From: an uncultured Peptostreptococcaceae bacterium
Lineage (GTDB): Bacteria; Bacillota; Clostridia; Peptostreptococcales; Acidaminobacteraceae
Reading direction: 5' to 3'
Assembly (NCBI GenBank): GCA_964342805.1
Contig: CAYFHQ010000004.1
Span: 5,670 to 69,669, forward strand
DNA length: 64,000 nucleotides
Part shown: positions 56,348-64,000 of the stretch, piece after piece
Position numbering within the stretch: the stretch's first letter is position 1
Layout: every line of letters starts with the position of its first letter
The notes under the pieces: model-generated
Told to the model about the DNA's origin: nothing
The model's database searches: none
What the model saw: the letters and a program-made list of their open reading frames with translations, nothing else
Program-made: the position numbers and the translations under genes

Positions 56348-56791
56348 ATGAAAGTCATTCTACTAAAAGACATTAAAGGAACAGGTAAAAAAGGTGATGT
56401 AATCAATGCAAGTGATGGACACGCTCGAAACTACTTAATTCCAAGAGGTCTAGCTAAGGAAGCAACAGACGGCAATGTAAGTGCCATGCAGCACCAAAAG
56501 GCTTCCCTTGATAAGCGTAACCTAGAGGTTCTAGACGCAGCAAAAGAACTACAGAAAAAAATTGAAACCCTAACTGTCAAGTTCCAGGCAAAGTCCGGAG
56601 ACGCAGGTAAGCTCTTTGGTTCCATTACCAACAAGGACGTAGCGAAAATGCTCAAGCAGCAGTATGGTGTGGAAGTGGAAAAGAAGAAGATCAAGATGGA
56701 CCAGATCAAAACACTGGGGACAACCAATGTAGAGATCAAGCTTCACCCCAAGGTGACTGCCAAGCTGAAGGTAGAAGTTACTGAGCAATAA
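56348..56791 (+). CDS. rplI: 50S ribosomal protein L9
   Basis: 147 aa. MKVILLKDIKGTGKKGDVINASDGHARNYLIPRGLA.. Confidence 0.97.
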   Translation: MKVILLKDIKGTGKKGDVINASDGHARNYLIPRGLAKEATDGNVSAMQHQKASLDKRNLEVLDAAKELQKKIETLTVKFQAKSGDAGKLFGSITNKDVAKMLKQQYGVEVEKKKIKMDQIKTLGTTNVEIKLHPKVTAKLKVEVTEQ

Positions 56792-56834
56792 AAGCATACT
56801 TTTTGCAAGCAATTCGACCCTGTCGGATAACGAG

Positions 56835-56862
56835 GCCTCCCGGTTAACTGGGAGGCTTTTTT
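56835..56862 (+). terminator. rho-independent terminator after rplI
   Basis: Stem GCCTCCC / GGGAGGC, 8-nt loop, T6. Confidence 0.8.
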
Positions 56863-57041
56863 CGTGGGAAGATTCATGTGGACCTTGATTTGACTGGCTT
56901 GCGGCGGATTGTCCTGGGGCTTGTTCCCTTGGTTTCATACGTATCATTACGAAATTGTAAATTTGAAAGGGCAGGGTTTAGGGGTGCCTTTATCCAATAG
57001 AATAACAAAGCTGAATATTCTAAAAATTTACGAATTGGGAC

Positions 57042-57983
57042 ATGGAGGAGAGCATGCACGAAAAATTGGTTGGGAATATAGGAAAAGTAATCATCGGAAA
57101 AGATGACGTTGTAATGAAACTCATGACGGCTCTGTTGGCTGGAGGCCACGTCCTCATAGAAGATGTACCGGGGGTAGGAAAGACAACCATGGCCAAGGCC
57201 TTGGCCAAGTCCATAGACTTGAGCTTTCAGCGGATTCAGTTTACACCGGACTTGTTACCTTCAGATATCTTAGGGGTGTCTATTTATAATCGAGAGGCAG
57301 ACGCCTTTGTCTATAAAAAAGGGCCAATCTTTAGTCAGATTATCCTGGCAGACGAGATCAACCGTGCGTCACCCAAGACCCAGTCCTCCTTACTGGAGGC
57401 CATGGAAGAGCGCCAGGTAACCATGGACGGGGTGACCCACACCATGGAGGAGCCCTTTATGGTTTTGGCCACTCAGAACCCCATTGAGTACGAGGGGACC
57501 TTCCCCCTTCCTGAGGCCCAGTTGGACCGATTTATCATGAAACTGTCCATAGGGTATCCGGACAAGTCACAAGAGATGGACATCCTGGCCAAGTTACAGG
57601 GTCGAGACCACCTGTCCTTGATTAGTTCGGTTTTGGCCGGGGCAGATGTACTGGCCATGCGGGAAGAAGTGGACCAAATCCATGTGGAGCCGGCGATTTG
57701 GGAGTATATTGTCGACATTACAAGACGAACTAGAGAGTCCGACGAGATCGTACTGGGTGCGTCACCCCGAGCTAGCTTGGCCCTCTATAAGACAGCGCGG
57801 GCCCATGCCTACTTGGCAGGTCGAACCTATGTCTTGCCTGAGGATGTCAAAGCCTTGGCGCCAGATGTCCTGTCCCACCGTTTGATTATTAAACCAGAGG
57901 TTCGCTATAAGGGTCGTACACCAAAGACGGTTATTGAGGACATTCTTCAGTTTGTGCGTGTACCCAAGGTGATGGATAAATGA
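57042..57983 (+). CDS. MoxR-family AAA+ ATPase
   Basis: 313 aa (alternative start ATG 57054). GHVLIEDVPGVGKTTMAKALA (Walker A), ILADEINRASPKTQSSLLEAMEE (Walker B / sensor). Confidence 0.9.
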   Translation: MEESMHEKLVGNIGKVIIGKDDVVMKLMTALLAGGHVLIEDVPGVGKTTMAKALAKSIDLSFQRIQFTPDLLPSDILGVSIYNREADAFVYKKGPIFSQIILADEINRASPKTQSSLLEAMEERQVTMDGVTHTMEEPFMVLATQNPIEYEGTFPLPEAQLDRFIMKLSIGYPDKSQEMDILAKLQGRDHLSLISSVLAGADVLAMREEVDQIHVEPAIWEYIVDITRRTRESDEIVLGASPRASLALYKTARAHAYLAGRTYVLPEDVKALAPDVLSHRLIIKPEVRYKGRTPKTVIEDILQFVRVPKVMDK

Positions 57984-59176
57984 GAAACAGAATAGTATTT
58001 CTACTGGGGCTTGGGGTCGCCATAACCATGGCACTGCTCACCGGTGGACGCTTTCTGTATTTGATTGCCGTTTCCATGATGTTGGTGTATGTGGGATCGT
58101 GGCTGATTCTCAAAATTAACGCACGAAATTTATTCCTCTTTTTCAATGTGTCCGGAGAAGTCCTTTCCGTTGGTGACTCCATCCGCATTGAATACAAGTT
58201 ATCCAATATGCGTATGCTACCGGTGGCCTATGGTCGCATGGCCTTCCATGTGTCCAGACGCCTGGGGGACATGGAGTTTCCTTCGGAGACGGCCTATTTT
58301 GGTCCCTACCAAATGATCAGCATTCGCAAGGACGTGGTCTGTAAAAACCGGGGCTATTATGACGTTGGACGCCTAGACGTCTTGCTCAAGGACCCTCTTG
58401 GCTTATTTGAGCACCACATGAGTTTTGACAAGGCCATTGATCTTACGGTTTATCCAACCGTCCACCCCATTGAACGTTATGACCTGCCTTCAAGAGAATT
58501 CTTTGGCCGGGTGAGTGTGCCCTTTACAACCCATGAGGACTATACGAGCCTCAAGAAGATCAGGCCCTTTAACGAAGGGGACAACCTCAAAAAGGTCCAC
58601 TGGAAGTTGTCCGGTAAGATGGACCAGCTCATGGTTAAGGAGTTTGAGTTGGCGGCCTCGACCAAGGTCTATATTTTAGTTGATGGCTATAAAGAGACCA
58701 TTGGTATGAAGGAAATGAATATCCAAGACGGCTTGGCTGAGATTGCGGTCTCCCTGAGCCACTATTTCCTCATGCGCCAAATTGAAGTGTCCATGTTGCT
58801 GGGCACCCATAACCGGTCCAAGTTAGATGGGAAGGACATGGGCCAGTTCACCATGTTCCTGGAGGAACTGACCGGTTATGCCCCCGATGGGCTACTACCT
58901 TATCCCAAGTTTGTTCATTCTGAAGCCAGCAAACTTTACTATGGGTCAACCATTATTAATGTGACAGACAAATTGACAGAACCCCTTTTCCAAACCCTCC
59001 TAGGACTCCTGGACAAGCGAACCGATGCCCAGGTCATCCTGTTTGGGAGTGAAACAGAACCAGGTGAGGAAGAGCGAATTGCATACTTGAACTCCAAGGG
59101 TGTTCGGACAGTCCGAATACCAGAGCGTTCAATGATTTCACAGTTATTGGAGGCGACCTATGCGCAAGCGAATTGA
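57980..59176 (+). CDS. DUF58 domain protein (MoxR partner)
   Basis: 398 aa. N-terminal 2 TM. DUF58 motif ..IRPFNEGDNLKKVHWKLSGKMDQLMVKEFE.. 4-nt overlap with the MoxR gene. Confidence 0.85.
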   Translation: MRNRIVFLLGLGVAITMALLTGGRFLYLIAVSMMLVYVGSWLILKINARNLFLFFNVSGEVLSVGDSIRIEYKLSNMRMLPVAYGRMAFHVSRRLGDMEFPSETAYFGPYQMISIRKDVVCKNRGYYDVGRLDVLLKDPLGLFEHHMSFDKAIDLTVYPTVHPIERYDLPSREFFGRVSVPFTTHEDYTSLKKIRPFNEGDNLKKVHWKLSGKMDQLMVKEFELAASTKVYILVDGYKETIGMKEMNIQDGLAEIAVSLSHYFLMRQIEVSMLLGTHNRSKLDGKDMGQFTMFLEELTGYAPDGLLPYPKFVHSEASKLYYGSTIINVTDKLTEPLFQTLLGLLDKRTDAQVILFGSETEPGEEERIAYLNSKGVRTVRIPERSMISQLLEATYAQAN

Positions 59177-61415
59177 TCAAGTGGAATGGTTAGCTGGCGC
59201 CTTGATGTTGGGCTCTTTGTCCATGACGGTTGCCCTGGCCCTAAGAATGGAACTTTCCTTGTTCCGTGTGTTTTTTATCACCATCGGCCTTTGGTTGGTC
59301 CAGCACCTCCTGTGGCCCCTACGCAAAAAACTAACCCCTCTTCTTTGGATGGGCATGGCCCTCTTAACGCCTTTAGGCCTGCATTATTTGCCGGACCAGT
59401 ACCAGACAGGCGTTCGCCTTCGTCATGAGGGTTATATGATATGGGGGGATTACCTGGTGGAGACCTTGCACCTGGAGTCAATCCCCGACTTTGTTAGTTG
59501 GTTTGTGGACGCCTTTTATGCCCGGGCTGAAGGGTCTTTTGCGGCTTTTGAGTCCGTATTGATCTTGCTCCTGTCCCTGGTTGTTATTACGGTGACCTAC
59601 CGCCTGATCTTTAAGGGACGGCACTTTGGCTGGTTCTTGTTCCCCATCGCCTTTTACATGCAACAGTGGTACAACTACACAGAGGGGATTTCCCTGCTCT
59701 TTAGTATGTACTTTGTTGGTTTCTTGGCCATAGCAGGCTCCCAAGTCCAATGGAAGTACCTGCAGAAAGACGAGTCAGACAAGGTGGTTTTGGTCAACTA
59801 CCGCAAACACAAGCTCCAGCGATACCTGCTGGTCTTTGGCTTAGTCTTTGTGGTCCTGGGGAACTTGGTGACTGCAGTGGTTCCAGTGGGGTCCATCAAC
59901 TCAGCACTTTCTGAGTTGGTCCCCAATATTGTGGACGTGAGAACGGGTTACGCCAAGCCATCCATGCAACTCTTTAGTTTTGGAAAGACCATGTATGAGC
60001 CCTACCCAGGCAGCCTGGGTGGACCTGTTGAGCCAGACACCCGCCTACTCATCCTTAAAGTATTTTCAGACCGTCCTACCCAGTATTTAAGGGGACGGGC
60101 CATGACCAGATACAATGGGGAACGGTGGTTCAACGAAAACACGGCTTATACCAACTACAATGATTTTCCCGAAAGGCTAGGGGAGTCCTATGACCTGGAT
60201 GATCGTTTTGAAATCACGGTCCTCCCCCAAAATATTCAAACCATGACCCTCTTCGCCCCCCTAGGGGTTGCAGAAATTGACCTCAATGAAGACCAGGTCT
60301 TCTCCAACTCAGACGACGCCCTGTATTACAAGCGGAAGTCCTTTGAAGGGGGCCTCTTAAGTTATACGGTACGCAGTGTCGGTTCCTCCATGTTACTGGA
60401 AGACCGAGACCGGTATTTGGAACTTCCCAGGAGTTATGATAACCGAATTAAGACCCTTGCAGCAGATATAACCAAGGGACTTGAGACGGACAGGGAAAAG
60501 ATGACCGCCCTGACCAACTACCTGCGGGAGACCTATCCCTACAACCTAAATGTGAGTGTTCCACCCCCAGGCGTGGATTTTGTGGCTCATTTCCTCTTTG
60601 ACGAAAAGCAGGGTTATTGTACCTACTTTGCCACTGCTCTGTCGACCATGGGGAGAAGTGTTGGGGTACCAACCCGCTATGTAAATGGCTACTTGCTTCC
60701 CAATAAAAAGGCCCGTGACGGCACCTACGACGTATATGGCGACCGGGCCCATGCCTGGACAGAGGCCTATATTGAAGGAGAAGGGTGGCAGATATTCGAG
60801 GCGACACCGGCCTATGCAGCATTATCTGTAGGCACGGGCGCATCGGAAAATGAAATTGAAGCGGCAGCTCAGGAGGAAACAGGAGAGTCCACTGGTGGTC
60901 AGGTCAACCCAGGGGAGCTGCCAGAAAACCTAGACTTCAAAGAAGGCCTTCTGGAGGACGAGTTTGAAGGGATTGACTTCTCAGGTGGACTCCAGCAAGA
61001 GGAACAGGCAGACTACACAGGTATTATGCTGGTGGTCTTGTATGGTGCCTTGGGTCTGGGTGCCCTGGCAGGTTTGGTTATTGTTGTGATGACCAAGCGT
61101 TATTTCGACTTTGGCCCCCTACGCAAGCGGGCTGTGCGTTACATTTATTATGTGGACCAACTCATTGAGGAAGACGGCTTGTCTCAGTCACCTGGATCGC
61201 GACTCCGAGCCTACCTAATCAATATGCCTGAGCATCGACGACCATTTTCTGTGGGCAGCATAGGTGGTATAATAGACAAGATCAACAAACTGTTATATGG
61301 CCAGGGGCAATTGAATGCCCAGGATATGATAGAACTACAGAAAATCGCGAAAGCCGTGGAGCGAAACCAAGGAGCCATGTTCGGAAAAATGAGCTATTGG
61401 ATGAGCAAGCGGTAG
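59160..61415 (+). CDS. transglutaminase-like domain membrane protein (TgpA/YebA-like)
   Basis: 751 aa. Multi-TM N-terminus. Transglutaminase core GYCTYFATAL..HAWTEAYIEGEGWQIFEATP (Cys-His-Glu/Asp). Confidence 0.85.
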   Translation: MRKRIDQVEWLAGALMLGSLSMTVALALRMELSLFRVFFITIGLWLVQHLLWPLRKKLTPLLWMGMALLTPLGLHYLPDQYQTGVRLRHEGYMIWGDYLVETLHLESIPDFVSWFVDAFYARAEGSFAAFESVLILLLSLVVITVTYRLIFKGRHFGWFLFPIAFYMQQWYNYTEGISLLFSMYFVGFLAIAGSQVQWKYLQKDESDKVVLVNYRKHKLQRYLLVFGLVFVVLGNLVTAVVPVGSINSALSELVPNIVDVRTGYAKPSMQLFSFGKTMYEPYPGSLGGPVEPDTRLLILKVFSDRPTQYLRGRAMTRYNGERWFNENTAYTNYNDFPERLGESYDLDDRFEITVLPQNIQTMTLFAPLGVAEIDLNEDQVFSNSDDALYYKRKSFEGGLLSYTVRSVGSSMLLEDRDRYLELPRSYDNRIKTLAADITKGLETDREKMTALTNYLRETYPYNLNVSVPPPGVDFVAHFLFDEKQGYCTYFATALSTMGRSVGVPTRYVNGYLLPNKKARDGTYDVYGDRAHAWTEAYIEGEGWQIFEATPAYAALSVGTGASENEIEAAAQEETGESTGGQVNPGELPENLDFKEGLLEDEFEGIDFSGGLQQEEQADYTGIMLVVLYGALGLGALAGLVIVVMTKRYFDFGPLRKRAVRYIYYVDQLIEEDGLSQSPGSRLRAYLINMPEHRRPFSVGSIGGIIDKINKLLYGQGQLNAQDMIELQKIAKAVERNQGAMFGKMSYWMSKR

Positions 61416-61424
61416 GAGGCAAGC

Positions 61425-62750
61425 ATGGAAGGTTTGGGCAAAATCCCACCACATAGTATAGAAGCAGAACAGTCGGTACTTGGTGCCATGATCCTTGACA
61501 AGGACGCCATTACGGAAGTTACCGATGTTATTAAAACTGACGATTTTTATAAGGAAGGGCACCGGATTATTTACGGTGCCATTCTTTCCTTGTACAACCG
61601 CAATGAACCCGTGGACATGGTTACCATGTCAGACCAACTGATCCAGGACGCCATGTTGGAGTCTGTTGGCGGCCTTGACTACCTGTCCCACTTGACCAGT
61701 GCCGGGGTTGTAACGACCAATGCCCGCCACTATGCCATGATCATTGAGGAAAAGGCCATTCTGCGCCGCTTGATCAAGGCGTCCAGTGAGATTATTGAGC
61801 AGGGCTATGACTCCAAAAAGGCAGACGCCCTACTGGAGATGGCGGAAAAGTCCATCTTTGATATTTCTCAGAACAAGAACCGTGAAGGCCTAGAGTCCAT
61901 CAAAGACGTCCTGTTTGTAGCCTACGAAAACATTGAGAAAATGTATGGCCACGACGGCGGACTGACGGGGATCACCACCGGCTTTATTGACCTGGACGGC
62001 AAGACGTCTGGTCTACAGCGGTCTGACCTCATTCTTGTGGCAGCCCGTCCGTCCATGGGGAAGACAGCCTTTTCCCTGAACCTGTGTCAGAATGTGGCTC
62101 TCAAGGGCAAGGGGGTTGTAGCCATCTACTCTCTGGAAATGTCCAATGAGCAGCTGGTTCAGCGTATGCTCAGTGCCGAGTCCCACATTCCCCTAGGCAA
62201 GATCCGTAATGGAGAACTGGAAGACCAAGACTGGGTGGATTTGACCCGGGGCATGGGCAACTTGTCCCAGGCCAAGATCTTTATTGATGATACACCTGCC
62301 ATTTCTGTTATGGAAATGCGGGCCAAGTGCCGGCGTTTGAAAATGGAACATGGTCTAGACATGATCATGATTGACTACCTCCAGCTTATGACGGGTGAAG
62401 GGGAGTCCAGACAGCAGGAAATCTCTAATATTTCCCGGTCCCTCAAGGCCCTGGCCCGTGAGATGGACTGTCCTGTAGTGGCCCTGTCCCAGCTGTCCCG
62501 TGCACCAGAACTCCGTGCAGACCATAGGCCTATCCTGTCTGACCTTCGTGAATCCGGCGCCATCGAGCAGGATGCCGATATCGTTATGTTCCTCTACCGG
62601 GATGAGTACTACTTCCCGGACTCAGAGAAAAAAGGAATTGGCGAGATCATTATCGCCAAGCAGCGTAACGGTGAAACGGGTACTGTAGAGCTAACGTGGC
62701 TTGGCCAATTTACCAAGTTTGTAAATTTAGAACGAGAGTTTAATAACTAA
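61425..62750 (+). CDS. dnaB: replicative DNA helicase DnaB (DnaC in B. subtilis nomenclature)
   Basis: 441 aa. PPHSIEAEQSVLGAMIL, Walker A ARPSMGKTAF, IMIDYLQLM, SQLSR. No intein. Confidence 0.97.
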   Translation: MEGLGKIPPHSIEAEQSVLGAMILDKDAITEVTDVIKTDDFYKEGHRIIYGAILSLYNRNEPVDMVTMSDQLIQDAMLESVGGLDYLSHLTSAGVVTTNARHYAMIIEEKAILRRLIKASSEIIEQGYDSKKADALLEMAEKSIFDISQNKNREGLESIKDVLFVAYENIEKMYGHDGGLTGITTGFIDLDGKTSGLQRSDLILVAARPSMGKTAFSLNLCQNVALKGKGVVAIYSLEMSNEQLVQRMLSAESHIPLGKIRNGELEDQDWVDLTRGMGNLSQAKIFIDDTPAISVMEMRAKCRRLKMEHGLDMIMIDYLQLMTGEGESRQQEISNISRSLKALAREMDCPVVALSQLSRAPELRADHRPILSDLRESGAIEQDADIVMFLYRDEYYFPDSEKKGIGEIIIAKQRNGETGTVELTWLGQFTKFVNLEREFNN

Positions 62751-62806
62751 GATCATTCCAGTAGACAATGCACCTAGGCCAGTCTTTATCACAGGGGACC
62801 TACTTT

Positions 62807-63382
62807 ATGGCATTACAGATCCGGCGCATGCGCCGCAATGACTTGGAACAATTGACAAGGTGGGGCAAGCATAATGACCCGAGATTCTACCACTATAGTT
62901 TCCCCTACCGGGAGCCTGCTGACTTGGACTTGTGGTTTCGAAAGAAGCAGCGGCCTGTCAGCCGATTTATCTATGCCATTGACGTGGACGGCCGGGTGGT
63001 TGGCTTTGTGACCCTGAAGAATATCCAGTGGTTTAAACTCATGGGGGAAATGGGGATCACCCTTGACCCCAATTACCTGGACCGGGGAATTGGTACCAAG
63101 GCCATTGTCCTGTATCTGAATCATGTTTTTCGATTCATTGGCCTGCAACGGATTTGGTTGCGAACAGCCATCTTTAATAAGAGGGCCATTCGGACTTATG
63201 AAAAAGTAGGGTTTGAAGTTTATGAGCACAGAGAAGAAGCTTATGAGGAACAAGCCTTTATCAATGAGATTTATGGCCGATTTGACCATTTTCGTTTGGC
63301 TAAAAAGCAACTGATGACAGACTATGTTTATATGGAAATGACCAAGCAGGCCTTTGACAGTCAGTATGGCAAGGTGAAATAA
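62807..63382 (+). CDS. GNAT family N-acetyltransferase (RimJ/RimL-like)
   Basis: ATG 62807 inside ORF 62768..63382. ..LDRGIGTKAIVLYLNHVF..LQRIWLRTAIFNKRAIRTYEKVGF.. acetyl-CoA-binding pattern. Confidence 0.8.
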   Translation: MALQIRRMRRNDLEQLTRWGKHNDPRFYHYSFPYREPADLDLWFRKKQRPVSRFIYAIDVDGRVVGFVTLKNIQWFKLMGEMGITLDPNYLDRGIGTKAIVLYLNHVFRFIGLQRIWLRTAIFNKRAIRTYEKVGFEVYEHREEAYEEQAFINEIYGRFDHFRLAKKQLMTDYVYMEMTKQAFDSQYGKVK

Positions 63383-63388
63383 GTCACA

Positions 63389-63424
63389 ACAGCACGCATC
63401 TATATGCGTGCTGTATTAATTTTA
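63389..63424 (+). terminator. terminator-like hairpin after the GNAT gene
   Basis: Perfect 11-bp stem ACAGCACGCAT / ATGCGTGCTGT, loop CTAT. The tail ATTAATTTTA is a weak T-run. Confidence 0.55.
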
Positions 63425-63515
63425 TACAATGTACGTGCTTAGAACCGAACGTTAATGAGGTGGAACGTTGAAAACGTACCAAAAGCACGTTGACGAAGTA
63501 GGGTTCCTTTGGTAG

Positions 63516-64000
<485 letters not shown>

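Overview
This window is the replication-origin region of a Firmicutes-type chromosome (Clostridia/Bacilli-like gene order, mid-to-low GC). All family names come from motifs read in the supplied translations; no database search was possible.

**Origin and left arm.** dnaA (minus) and rpmH (plus) diverge from a DnaA-box-rich oriC at about 11.8-12.2 kb. A second oriC module with an AT-rich, DnaA-trio-like stretch lies in the dnaA-dnaN spacer. The left arm (minus strand) carries dnaA-dnaN-yaaA-recF-gyrB-gyrA. It also carries a STAS antagonist / anti-sigma kinase / sigma-factor operon that runs off the window edge.

**Right arm.** About 52 kb, and every called gene is on the plus strand. In order it carries:
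- rpmH-rnpA-yidD-yidC-jag-mnmE-mnmG-rsmG-noc-soj-spo0J, followed by two perfect parS sites
- a lipid kinase and a GAF/Fis-HTH regulator
- an uncharacterised HTH/HTH/coiled-coil/OmpA-like four-gene module ending at a perfect Noc-binding-site palindrome
- tRNA-Arg(CCT), tadA, tRNA-Ser(GGA) and a large Bacillus-type SRP RNA
- two tandem sensor HD-GYP phosphodiesterase genes wedged in front of dnaX-ybaB-recR
- ctc
- a compact, atypical Tad/Flp-like type IV filament locus
- a hybrid pseudo-histidine-kinase/receiver, a Fur-box-controlled DUF2325-like gene, a THUMP methyltransferase and a PAS-PP2C phosphatase
- selenium-cofactor accessory genes (yqeC, mocA-like, yedF, DUF3343)
- a DUF951 gene and an aminotransferase
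- rpsF-ssb-rpsR and yybS-gdpP-rplI
- a MoxR/DUF58/transglutaminase triad
- dnaB, a GNAT gene and the 5' part of purA

**Not found.** No rRNA, CRISPR array, transposase or integrase.

**Best candidates for something new.**
- The minimal Tad-like locus: its TadZ homologue has no P-loop, its pilin candidate has an archaeal-looking signal, and no peptidase is present in the window. A degenerate signalling protein follows it.
- The origin-proximal HTH/coiled-coil/OmpA module, bracketed by parS and NBS sites, in a genome whose Noc lacks the N-terminal membrane-targeting extension.
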